47,590 bases of DNA from a virus. Its lineage: Duplodnaviria; Caudoviricetes. The translations under genes were made by a program, and so were the position numbers. Position 1 is the stretch's first letter; each line of letters opens with the position of its first letter. Location: the IMG/VR virus record IMGVR_UViG_3300016665_000364, positions 1 through 47,590 of that record; one strand, written 5' to 3'. A model generated the notes under the pieces. The model was not told the origin of the DNA. It ran no database searches and saw only the letters and a program-made list of their open reading frames with translations. Shown in pieces: positions 1 to 7,614 of this stretch.

Positions 1-1
1 C

Positions 2-103
2 GGGCGGCGCTGCTGGACGGTGTTGCTCGGGGGCCACGCATACATCGACATCAGCGTGACGCCGATGGTCGCCGCGCCCGCTGCGGAGGTGTCCGATGGG
101 TGA
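2..103 (+). CDS. 3' end of truncated hypothetical protein
   Basis: Open frame GRRCWTVLLGGHAYIDISVTPMVAAPAAEVSDG* with TGA at 101-103, overlapping the next gene and containing its GGAGGT RBS. Confidence 0.5.
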   Translation, partial: GRRCWTVLLGGHAYIDISVTPMVAAPAAEVSDG

Positions 104-392
104 CCTGCGAACCTGTCCGGGGTGCGGCACGCGCCACGCCCGAGGTGAGGACGTTGAGCCGTGCGGGTGCTGCATGCCCGATTGGTGGGCGATCGATCTC
201 GGCCTCTCGATCCGGCGCTTCGTGCGGCGGGCGGAGGTGGAGGGGCTGGTCGCTGCGGTGCGGCACGAGACGCTGCGCCACGACTACCACTGCAACAACC
301 GGCGAAGCGGTTGCGGGTGCCGAGGAGATCGGGCGCAGTCCGCCCTCGACCGCCTCGCGGCGATGGCAATGGAGGCCCACGGCGATGGGTGA
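96..392 (+). CDS. Hypothetical Cys-rich protein (CPGC, CGCC, CGC)
   Basis: GGAGGT RBS before the ATG; overlaps its neighbours as in a coupled early operon. Confidence 0.65.
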   Translation: MGDLRTCPGCGTRHARGEDVEPCGCCMPDWWAIDLGLSIRRFVRRAEVEGLVAAVRHETLRHDYHCNNRRSGCGCRGDRAQSALDRLAAMAMEAHGDG

Positions 393-597
393 GCGCAAAC
401 TGATCGGCTGGCGCGTCACGTGGCGCAAGGTCGTCCGCGGAGAGTGGGAGCCTCGCCAGATGCTCTACACGTTGGCCGCGACCGAGCACGCGCGGTCGTT
501 CGCATTGTGTGCGGCGGACGTGATGCGCGGCGTGCACGACATCAGCGAGGTGCGGGTGTGGCGCGTGTACCGCCGTCGCGCGGGAGGTGGGACGTGA
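385..597 (+). CDS. Hypothetical protein (MGERKLIGWRVTW...)
   Basis: GGAGG upstream of ATG 385; stop overlaps the next GTG (GTGA). Confidence 0.6.
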   Translation: MGERKLIGWRVTWRKVVRGEWEPRQMLYTLAATEHARSFALCAADVMRGVHDISEVRVWRVYRRRAGGGT

Positions 598-1352
598 GCG
601 ATCAGATCCGAGCGAGCGACTGGTGCGCCGCGCACCGCGAGTGGTCGCCGTGCCCCGACTGCGAGACCGATGCCACCATTGCCCGCCTCACTCGGGAGCG
701 GGACGACGCGCGAGCCGCCCTTGCCGCCGGCCAGCGCGAGCTACACCGCCTCGCGCACGGCCACGGCATCGAAGGCGACGGCGTGTGCATGCATGAACTG
801 GTTGCGCACGATGCCCTGCGCGAGATCGACCGCCTCCGCGGCGTCGTCCACACGTACATGACCAGCCACGACGAGCAGATCGCGCAGGAGCGGCTTGCGC
901 TCATCGGGCAGGCGGTACGCGAGCGCGACGCCGCCCGCGCCGAGGCCGAGGAGGCTGCCGCGGCCTACAACGCCGCCCGCCGCGACCTCGCCACCGAAAC
1001 CGCGACGCGCGCCGCGCTGCGCACTCAGGAGAGCAGGATCATGGGCATCCTCGCCGACGCGGGCGTGCCGGTGGGTGACGTCGTGCGCGGCGTTGAGGCG
1101 CTGGCGAGAAGGCACGACGCCCTCAACGCGGAGGTCAACGCGCTGCACCAGGAACTGGCCGACATGGACCCGAATGCGACCGCCAACGCCCACCGCTGGT
1201 CCCGCCTGTGGCACGCCGAGGCGCGGCGTCTATGGCAGGAAACGCAGGTGCTCGCCGCCAAAGCTCGCGAGCCTGCGTGCTGCTCCGTCTGCGGCCTCCC
1301 CGTCCACCCCGAGCACGACGCCTGCCGGCTGTCGCGGGAGGGAGCGCGGTGA
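594..1352 (+). CDS. Coiled-coil early protein with terminal Cys/His zinc-type motifs
   Basis: GGAGG then GTG 594; CAAH..CPDC at the N-terminus, ERDxARA heptads, CSVC..H..C at the C-terminus. Confidence 0.65.
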   Translation: MSDQIRASDWCAAHREWSPCPDCETDATIARLTRERDDARAALAAGQRELHRLAHGHGIEGDGVCMHELVAHDALREIDRLRGVVHTYMTSHDEQIAQERLALIGQAVRERDAARAEAEEAAAAYNAARRDLATETATRAALRTQESRIMGILADAGVPVGDVVRGVEALARRHDALNAEVNALHQELADMDPNATANAHRWSRLWHAEARRLWQETQVLAAKAREPACCSVCGLPVHPEHDACRLSREGAR

Positions 1353-1801
1353 CCGCCCACGCCGACACCACGCGCCACACCCACGCCAACCGCATCCACG
1401 CGGCCCGCCGCATCGGATGCACGATCGAGCACTACCTCGCCCAGCGCGCCGCCGGCCTCGCGTGGTGCAGCCACTGCCGATCGTGGCAGCAGTGGGCAGG
1501 CCACAACACGTGCCGCCCGTGCCGTGCTCGCCTCGCGCGCGAGCGTGACCACAGCCGCGGATGCACGCCGCGCAAACGGTACACCGCGCAGCAGGTGCTC
1601 GACGCCTATGCCGCGTCCCGCACGGCGGGCGAGATGTCCGAGCGCCTCCAGTGCTCCGAGCGCCACGCGCGCCGACTCGTGCGCGACCACGGGCTCGAGC
1701 CGTTCGGGCGCCCCTCGACAGCGCCCACCGCACCCACCCACCCCCCGCAGCGGTGGTGCTCGTGCGAGTGGTGCGTCAAAGCGCGAGGGAGGGCGGCGTG
1801 A
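1349..1801 (+). CDS. Zn-finger/HTH protein with C-terminal HPxQxWCSCxWC motif
   Basis: GTGA overlap start; CSHC/CRPC pairs; HTH-like TAGEMSERLQCSERHARRL; resembles 44617-44946. Confidence 0.65.
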   Translation: MTAHADTTRHTHANRIHAARRIGCTIEHYLAQRAAGLAWCSHCRSWQQWAGHNTCRPCRARLARERDHSRGCTPRKRYTAQQVLDAYAASRTAGEMSERLQCSERHARRLVRDHGLEPFGRPSTAPTAPTHPPQRWCSCEWCVKARGRAA

Positions 1802-2145
1802 TGCTGATGACCGCCGAGCAGGTGGCAGAGGCGCTGCAAGTGCCGATGTCGTCGGCGCGCCAACTGATGCACGACATGGGCGCGATCAAGCTCAACCAGC
1901 GGCTCCGCGTGCGCCGTGAGCGGTTCGAGCAATGGCTTGCGGAGAAGGAGGCGGAAACGTGGCAGGGCTCTTCAAGCGAGGCGACATCTGGTGGACCCGC
2001 GTCCCCAACCCAGAGGGTGGGCGCAAGCTCCGCGTTTCGACCGGCTGCACCGACAAGAAGGCCGCGGAAGCGAAAGCCCGCGACATCGAACGCAGGGCTG
2101 TCGACCCGACCTATCGTGCCGCGAACGAAACCCGCCTGTCCGTAG
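1801..2145 (+). CDS. xis: Excisionase-like HTH protein
   Basis: LMTAEQVAEALQV...LRVRRERFEQWL is a typical MerR-type Xis winged HTH; it lies directly upstream of and overlapping the integrase. Confidence 0.75.
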   Translation: MLMTAEQVAEALQVPMSSARQLMHDMGAIKLNQRLRVRRERFEQWLAEKEAETWQGSSSEATSGGPASPTQRVGASSAFRPAAPTRRPRKRKPATSNAGLSTRPIVPRTKPACP

Positions 2146-3182
2146 CCGCCGACCGCTTCCTGGCCGAGTGCAACGACCGCGACCTGGCGCAGGCCACGCG
2201 CGACATGTACGGCGAGAAGGCGCGCCACCTGACGCGCGGGTTTGCCATCGTGTTCGCAGACCGCGGCGTGGCCGACCCGTTCATCCACTGGATCGACCCG
2301 CGCGCCGTCGCGGCGTACGTCGAGCTCCGCAAGTCCGAAGGCGCGCATCCGCACAGCATCCAGAAGGAGCTGGTCACGCTCCGCGGCGTGCTGTCGCTAG
2401 CCCGGCACCGCGAGGAGTACGCGCGCAACCCTGACGAAGTGATGCCGCGCCACTTCTCGGCCAAGTACGAGCCGAGGACGGACTACCTCGACGAGGCCGA
2501 CGCGCACCGTCTGCTCGACGCCCTGCCCTCCGACCGGGCCGCCCACGTGGCGTTTATCATCGCGACCGGCGCGCGGCTGTCCGAGGCGCAGCGGGCGCAC
2601 CGTGAGGACGTCGACATCCCGCACGGCGTTGTGCACATCCGCGGCACCAAGACGGCCAAGTCACGCCGCAAGGTCCCGATCGTGTCGCTGTCGGCGCCGT
2701 ACCTGTACCGCGCCATCGCAGACGCGCCGCGCACCGGACCGATGTTCCGCGACTGGCCGAAGCCGCAGATGCACCGCGACCTCAAGGCCGCCTGCCTGCG
2801 CGCCGGCATCGCACGGTGGGTCGACGCGAAAGGCGAGCCCATCGACACGTACGACCCGAAGCCCGGCCAGCCCGGCCCGAAGCGCATGAGCGTCGCCGCC
2901 ATCCGCAAGAGCCACCCAGGCGCACACGTGGTCGGGTCGGTCTCGGCCAACGACCTGCGCCGCTCGTTCGCGACGTGGCTCCTGCTCCGCGGCGTCGACA
3001 CCTACCTCATCTCCAAGGTGCTCGGCCATGTCGACACCAAAATGCTCGAGCGCGTCTACGGGCAGATGGACGCGGGCGACGCCGGGCGGCTCATCGAAGC
3101 CCGCCTGATGGCCCCTATCCACGTTCGCCAGCTCTGTGCCCCTGTTGTGTCCACGCGCGCGGATTCGCGCAGCGCGGAGTGA
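1959..3182 (+). CDS. int: Tyrosine integrase
   Basis: AAGGAGG then GTG 1959; TGARLSE (catalytic R), GTKT (K), NDLRRSFA (H/N-x-x-R), LGH and C-terminal VY; adjacent to the tRNA-derived att core. Confidence 0.95.
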   Translation: MAGLFKRGDIWWTRVPNPEGGRKLRVSTGCTDKKAAEAKARDIERRAVDPTYRAANETRLSVAADRFLAECNDRDLAQATRDMYGEKARHLTRGFAIVFADRGVADPFIHWIDPRAVAAYVELRKSEGAHPHSIQKELVTLRGVLSLARHREEYARNPDEVMPRHFSAKYEPRTDYLDEADAHRLLDALPSDRAAHVAFIIATGARLSEAQRAHREDVDIPHGVVHIRGTKTAKSRRKVPIVSLSAPYLYRAIADAPRTGPMFRDWPKPQMHRDLKAACLRAGIARWVDAKGEPIDTYDPKPGQPGPKRMSVAAIRKSHPGAHVVGSVSANDLRRSFATWLLLRGVDTYLISKVLGHVDTKMLERVYGQMDAGDAGRLIEARLMAPIHVRQLCAPVVSTRADSRSAE

Positions 3183-3375
3183 CATGCGTAGCGCGAAACG
3201 GCTTGAAAACTCTTGAACAGTGGCTACTGAACAATGATGCGAAGCGGATTGTGGCTCCGGTTGTCGCGGGTTCAAGTCCCGTCGGTCACCCCACTAGAAA
3301 ACAGGCAGTTTGCGGGCGTCGGATGCTGTGGAGAACAGCGCCGACGTTCGCGCTTTGTGCCCCGGCTGTGCCCGC
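3131..3375 (+). repeat. Pair of integrase arm-type sites flanking the att core
   Basis: GCTCTGTGCCCCTGTTGTGTCCAC (3131-3154) and GCTTTGTGCCCCGGCTGTGCCCGC (3352-3375) match at 19/24. Each holds two TGTGYCC copies 11 bp apart. Confidence 0.7.
3245..3293 (+). tRNA. 3' half of tRNA-His(GUG) forming the attP core; not a complete tRNA
   Basis: CGGA-TTGTGGC-TCCGG anticodon arm (GTG at 3251-3253), T-arm GCGGG-TTCAAGT-CCCGT, acceptor strand CGGTCAC-C-CCA. No D-arm or 5' acceptor strand upstream. Confidence 0.9.
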
Positions 3376-3449
3376 ATCCGCGGGGTGCGTCGTGAGCCGC
3401 TGCACTTTGGTCTGGGTTGGTCGAAAACGCCTCCGCTTCGACCAGTGCG

Positions 3450-3581
3450 ATGCCGTGGCGCGAGGTGCAGCATGATCTGTCGCCCGAGGAGTACGAGCGC
3501 ATCCAGCGCGCCGCCGAGGCGGCGGGCGAGCCCGTTGCTGCGTGGGTGCGCGAGCAGGCGCTGACGGCTGCGGGGCGTTGA
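3450..3581 (+). CDS. Small ribbon-helix-helix/MobC-like protein (43 aa, not in ORF track)
   Basis: MPWREVQHDLSPEEYERIQRAAEAAGEPVAAWVREQALTAAGR; the LSPEEY..I..AA...G..VAAWVR pattern is typical of RHH proteins. Confidence 0.55.
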   Translation: MPWREVQHDLSPEEYERIQRAAEAAGEPVAAWVREQALTAAGR

Positions 3582-3609
3582 CTACGCCCGCCCCCGTTCG
3601 CACGGCCCG

Positions 3610-4257
3610 CTACGCCACCTTCTTGCGACCGTGACCTCTGATGGACCGGTGAGCCGCAATCGGACCGCCCACGTGCTTCCATGCCAGCCCGCGCGCGATA
3701 CTGGCGACGGTTGCCTTCCCGATACCAACGTCGGCCGCGATGTCTTTGTACTGCTCTCCGTTCGCAGCGCGCGCTCGGATGAGAAGTACTGTCGACTCGT
3801 CGATTTTTGCGAGCGGACTCGCGGACCCTTTTCGCACGCACTCCGGGTGAGTGCGCGATCCATGACGCTCGCCGCGCGCAACCCTGTCTGGCTGCACCTT
3901 GGTGAAGTGCTCCAACCCCTGCGACGCGCGCCCCTTGGCAACCATGTCAGCCGAGTTGTCGGCCGCCGTTCCGGTGGTGAGATGCGACGGGTTCACGCAC
4001 GCTGGGTTGTCGCAACGGTGCATCACTAGAAGCGCGCCGGGGTTATGCCCAGTCGCGAGCATCCAGGAGATCCTGTGTGCGAGTTGTGACGGCAACGCAC
4101 GGATGGCGTAGCAACCGTACCCCTTCCTATTCCTGTGCCCAGTCCATACCCAGCATGGGCCAAGATGGGGCACGTGATCAGGCACAGGGCCATCCTTGTC
4201 TACGCGCGACCAGAACCGAGATTCGACACTCGAAAGCGCATGCGTTAGGTTCGTCAT
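3610..4257 (-). CDS. HNH homing-type endonuclease with C-terminal HTH
   Basis: RFWSRVDK..CWVWTG..GYG..AHRISW..VMHRCDNPACVNPSHL; GAGGAGG RBS before ATG 4257; visibly lower GC than its neighbours. Confidence 0.9.
   Translation of the reverse strand: MTNLTHALSSVESRFWSRVDKDGPVPDHVPHLGPCWVWTGHRNRKGYGCYAIRALPSQLAHRISWMLATGHNPGALLVMHRCDNPACVNPSHLTTGTAADNSADMVAKGRASQGLEHFTKVQPDRVARGERHGSRTHPECVRKGSASPLAKIDESTVLLIRARAANGEQYKDIAADVGIGKATVASIARGLAWKHVGGPIAAHRSIRGHGRKKVA
4223..4251 (+). promoter_or_regulatory. Putative sigma70 promoter antisense to the HNH gene
   Basis: TCGACA (4223-4228), 17-bp spacer, TAGGTT (4246-4251). Confidence 0.55.
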
Positions 4258-4258
4258 C

Positions 4259-4325
4259 GCGACGACCTCCTCATCAGGTTGTTGCCTGTCCCCGGGCGCT
4301 CCAACGCTGCGGGGACGTCTTTTTG
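4259..4325 (+). ncRNA. Putative cis-antisense sRNA to the HNH ribosome-binding site
   Basis: Hairpin GCGACGACCU/CCUCAUC/AGGUUGUUGC with G-U pairs valid only on the + strand and an anti-SD loop, then a terminator hairpin (4288-4316) and a T run (4320-4324). Confidence 0.6.
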
Positions 4326-4354
4326 TAACCACGAATCGCGCAAGCGCCACCGTT

Positions 4355-4537
4355 TCACGCCTGGAATCTAGGCATCTGGCTTGTCATCCAGAGCCATAGC
4401 GCCAGCTCCATCGCCTCGGTGCTCGGCTCTGCCCGCACGACCTCGCAGACGCACGTGACGTCCGAGCACGTGGCGGCGCCCTCCAGCATGTCGCCGTCGA
4501 TGAGCCAGGTGGTCTGTACGGGGTCAGGGTCGGCCAC
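4355..4537 (-). CDS. Hypothetical protein (60 aa)
   Basis: Fills the gap at the end of the late operon and overlaps the upstream gene. Confidence 0.5.
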   Translation of the reverse strand: MADPDPVQTTWLIDGDMLEGAATCSDVTCVCEVVRAEPSTEAMELALWLWMTSQMPRFQA

Positions 4538-4757
4538 GTTGCACCATCGCGCAGGCGAGGTACGCCGCGCCGTCCAGCATCTCCTCGCGCGCCTCCTTGA
4601 CCCAATCGCGGGGGTCGGTGGCCAACGCGAGGGGCGCGTACCGTTTCCGGCCCGTCAGCATGCGCTCTGCGAGGCCGATCGCCACGTCGAGCACGACGGC
4701 GCGCTCGTCCTCGTTGAGCCCGTCTAGGAGCGCCTCCAAGGCCTGCACGTCACTCAT
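4524..4757 (-). CDS. Small all-helical protein, MazG/NTP-pyrophosphatase-like acidic motif
   Basis: GRKRY..L..D.RDWVKEAREEMLDGAAYL (E-x-x-E-E-x-x-D); ATGA overlap with GAGGAGG RBS. Confidence 0.6.
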   Translation of the reverse strand: MSDVQALEALLDGLNEDERAVVLDVAIGLAERMLTGRKRYAPLALATDPRDWVKEAREEMLDGAAYLACAMVQRGRP

Positions 4758-5098
4758 CGCGGCACCCTCCTCCCCCGCCACAGACCAGAGCTGACGAGCG
4801 CATGCGCCAGCGGGCCGGCGAGCGCGCGCACCACGACCTCTTCCCGTGCGTCCGACCACCGCTGCGTGACGCCGAGCCCCGACGACGCGACCGCGGCGTG
4901 GAGGAGCTCGTGCAGTACGATCTCCGCGCGCCTGGTCGGGTGGACGTTCTCGGCCACCAAGATCTCGCAGCTCTCGGTCAGCGTGACCGCGTAGCAGTCC
5001 TGCCCCTCGACGCGCAGGCCGGGGTCGTCATGCGGCACGGCGTAGACCTGCCACTCGGTCGCTCCCATCGAGCAGGTCAGCCAGAGCTTGCGGCTCAT
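4754..5098 (-). CDS. Zincin-like HExxH metallopeptidase-fold protein
   Basis: IVLHELLHAA plus downstream REEVVV third-ligand motif; ATGA-coupled. Confidence 0.75.
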   Translation of the reverse strand: MSRKLWLTCSMGATEWQVYAVPHDDPGLRVEGQDCYAVTLTESCEILVAENVHPTRRAEIVLHELLHAAVASSGLGVTQRWSDAREEVVVRALAGPLAHALVSSGLWRGRRVPR

Positions 5099-6186
5099 GC
5101 CGCCCATCCTTGGGCTTCGGACCGGATGCGGATGAACTCGACCGAGAACTCGCCGACCGATCCGTCTGGGAACACGGTCCACGAGACGATGCTCGAGCCG
5201 ATGTCCCACGGGTTGATCATGCGCTTGGCGAAGTCGCTGCCCTTCTGCCGCTGGAACGTCCCGCTCGCGATGGCGAACACGTTCTCCGGGTCGGTGTGGA
5301 TGCGCGCGAACTTGTGAAAATGCCCGATGGCCAGCACGTGCGGCTCGTCGCCCGGCTCGTACTTCTCGGCTTTCTTGTTGAGCGTCGTGCGGATGCTGTT
5401 CGGCGTGCTGCCGGCTCCGTGCGGGTGGAACAGCTCCCACCGCGCACCGTGGATGACGGCCCGTCCGAGGCACGAGCCCAGGTAGCGCCAGTCGACGCCG
5501 ACCTCGCGCATGCGGTTGGCCAGCGCGATCCCCGAGTCCATGCCCACCGCGTCGTTGCTGTACGCGTCGTGGTTGCCGCCGATGACGACCCACGGCAGGC
5601 GCGGCGCCTTGGCGATGACCTCGACAGCTTCGGTATGCTGGTCGTCGTAGCCAACGGCGCGCTGCTCCTGCACGAGCACTTCCTTGACGCCATCGCAGAC
5701 GTCGCCGGTCTGCACGAAGGCCGTGCACCCGCGATCTGCTGCAAGCTTGAGGAAGTCGAGCAGCGCCGCGCAGTCGGTGTGCTTGCTGCCAAAGTGGATA
5801 TCGCCGACGTGCGCGACGCGGTGTCTTCCAGGCGTGGCCTCTCCGACGCACGCGATGGTGCGCCTCACCCGCCCCATCACCGTCCCAGGCTCGGCGACGG
5901 TGGCCGCGCCCGCGTAGGGCGCACGCTCCGTAACCGTCGGTTTCGTTTCGTGCGAACCCTTCGGCAACTCCGAACAGTTCGCCAACGGCCCCCCGAACAG
6001 GAACTCCCGCGCTCCGCCGCCGAGCGTGGCCCGCCGTGACCAGAACGCGGACTGTAGCCCCGAGGCCGAGACGCCGAGCTCCTTCGCTGCGGCGGCGAGT
6101 GTCCGGTGCCGCCCGAGCACCTCGCGGGCGCGTGCGATCGTCTCGTCGGTCCACGTGCGCGGAGCCGAGCCTGCGTAGTCCCTCAC
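5095..6186 (-). CDS. Calcineurin-like metallophosphoesterase with N-terminal HTH
   Basis: GDIH, GDVCDG, GNHD, HPHG and GHFH motifs; N-terminal TLAAAAKELGVSASGL HTH; GTGA overlap start at 6186. Confidence 0.9.
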   Translation of the reverse strand: MRDYAGSAPRTWTDETIARAREVLGRHRTLAAAAKELGVSASGLQSAFWSRRATLGGGAREFLFGGPLANCSELPKGSHETKPTVTERAPYAGAATVAEPGTVMGRVRRTIACVGEATPGRHRVAHVGDIHFGSKHTDCAALLDFLKLAADRGCTAFVQTGDVCDGVKEVLVQEQRAVGYDDQHTEAVEVIAKAPRLPWVVIGGNHDAYSNDAVGMDSGIALANRMREVGVDWRYLGSCLGRAVIHGARWELFHPHGAGSTPNSIRTTLNKKAEKYEPGDEPHVLAIGHFHKFARIHTDPENVFAIASGTFQRQKGSDFAKRMINPWDIGSSIVSWTVFPDGSVGEFSVEFIRIRSEAQGWAA

Positions 6187-6401
6187 GAGTTGTCCAGCTT
6201 GCTGAGGGCCGCGTTCAAGTGGCTGACCTCCACGGTGAGCTTGGCCACCGCGATGGCGAGCGTCTGCGCTGCGGTGTCGCCGTTGTTCTGGCGCTGCTCC
6301 AGTGTGTCGAGCCGCTTGTTGAGCGATGACGCCACGATGGTGCCCAGCACCGTCACCAGCGTCCCGAGCCCACCGATCACGTACGTCTCTGCCGCCATCA
6401 C
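6183..6401 (-). CDS. Single-TM coiled-coil protein, holin/XhlA-like lysis accessory
   Basis: Hydrophobic VIGGLGTLVTVLGTIVA followed by heptads; immediately downstream of the endolysin. Confidence 0.55.
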   Translation of the reverse strand: MMAAETYVIGGLGTLVTVLGTIVASSLNKRLDTLEQRQNNGDTAAQTLAIAVAKLTVEVSHLNAALSKLDNS

Positions 6402-7084
6402 GCCACCTCGTCAGTTGCCAGCGTCTGCACGAAATCGACGGCTTGCGGCACCTCGACCGGGACGGGAGGCGGAGGGATCTCGTAGCGCGCAGGCGGCGCG
6501 GGCCAGTCCGCATCCGCGGTGGCACGCATGATCGTCTGCGCCAGCGAGCGGACCTGGTTCGCGTAGCTCGTGGCCGACGCGGTGAAGTAGCGCGGGGGGC
6601 CGACGAGCCCCGCCACGAACGCTTCGGCGGCCTCGGCCCCGGTCGCAGCCTGGAGCGCCACGATCGCGCGACCCCACTGGCGATCGAGCACGCGGAGTTT
6701 GTCGGCGCAGCCGGCCGCGAAGGACGCGTACGCGCGGAAGCGAGACCCCGCCACCGGCACCGCGGACACCTTGCCGGGACCGCACACGACGCTGCCCTGC
6801 ACCTCGCGCCAGCCCGCCGGGACCTTGCCCTCGTCGAAGCACTCGGGCGCGCCCCGGAGCACGTGGTAGTCGCCCGCGTAGCCGCCCAGCGCCATCACGT
6901 TGCCCGTGTTGTGATTCCAACACGAGCCGCCGCCGTGGCCGCACTCGAGTGTCGCCTGCGCGGCAAGGATGGCGAGCGCAGCGCGCGACGGCTCGCCGCC
7001 GATGACCTCGCGCCACGCCTCGGCGTACGCGGCGAGCAACTCGGGCATGGCCCACGGCGTGCGATGGACGGGAACTTCGGTCAT
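6398..7084 (-). CDS. Endolysin, GH73 glucosaminidase/FlgJ-like
   Basis: AQATLECG (catalytic E), NHNTGNV, FRAYAS and YFTA..YA motifs. Confidence 0.82.
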   Translation of the reverse strand: MTEVPVHRTPWAMPELLAAYAEAWREVIGGEPSRAALAILAAQATLECGHGGGSCWNHNTGNVMALGGYAGDYHVLRGAPECFDEGKVPAGWREVQGSVVCGPGKVSAVPVAGSRFRAYASFAAGCADKLRVLDRQWGRAIVALQAATGAEAAEAFVAGLVGPPRYFTASATSYANQVRSLAQTIMRATADADWPAPPARYEIPPPPVPVEVPQAVDFVQTLATDEVA

Positions 7085-7257
7085 TGCACGTTCCCCGGCT
7101 TCTGGCGTCGCGCATCGGCCGCGGCGGCACGCAGCCGGTCGGCGAGGTCGTCAGCCACGTCGGGCGTCAGCGCCGCGGCCCACTCGCCCTCGTCCGTGTC
7201 CATGCCGAGACAGACCGCGCCGTCGTCGGCGTAGAGAGTCACTCCGAGTGTGCTCAT
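7081..7257 (-). CDS. Hypothetical protein (58 aa)
   Basis: MSTLGVTLYADDG...; ATGA overlaps on both sides. Confidence 0.55.
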   Translation of the reverse strand: MSTLGVTLYADDGAVCLGMDTDEGEWAAALTPDVADDLADRLRAAAADARRQKPGNVQ

Positions 7258-7376
7258 GGCAAGATCCCCAGAAGCGTCAGAACGATGTCGAATACGGGCG
7301 CGTCGGACCACCAGAGGCCGGCGAGCAACACCAACAGGACGAGCGCGTCGATTCGACAAAAGAGAAAACCGCGCAT
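7254..7376 (-). CDS. Small hydrophobic membrane peptide (40 aa), possible holin
   Basis: MRGFLFCRIDALVLLVLLAGLWWSDAPVFDIVLTLLGILP, upstream of the endolysin. Confidence 0.45.
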   Translation of the reverse strand: MRGFLFCRIDALVLLVLLAGLWWSDAPVFDIVLTLLGILP

Positions 7377-7419
7377 CCGAAGACGCGCGGTAGCTGGACG
7401 GTAGTGGATACGGGAGGCG

Positions 7420-7605
7420 CTAGGGCTTTGGAACGTATCCGACGAACACGGCTTGCCGGAATGAGACTCCGTCTTCGACGTACTCGCGCACTTCGTACCG
7501 CGCGAGGCGGGGACCCGCGTCGAGCTGCACAGCGTCTCCGACATCGCCCGTCGCAAACTCGACCTCGGTCCCGCCGAGGTCACCGCCGCTGATGATCATG
7601 AGCAT
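7420..7605 (-). CDS. Hypothetical protein
   Basis: GAGGG RBS before ATG 7605; fills the gap after the structural gene. Confidence 0.55.
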   Translation of the reverse strand: MLMIISGGDLGGTEVEFATGDVGDAVQLDAGPRLARYEVREYVEDGVSFRQAVFVGYVPKP

Positions 7606-7614
7606 TGCCAACCC

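Noticed and set aside
3225-3293. Complete phage tRNA-His gene
   Set aside because: The upstream sequence cannot form a D-arm or pair with the acceptor strand; only the 3' half is present, as expected for attP.
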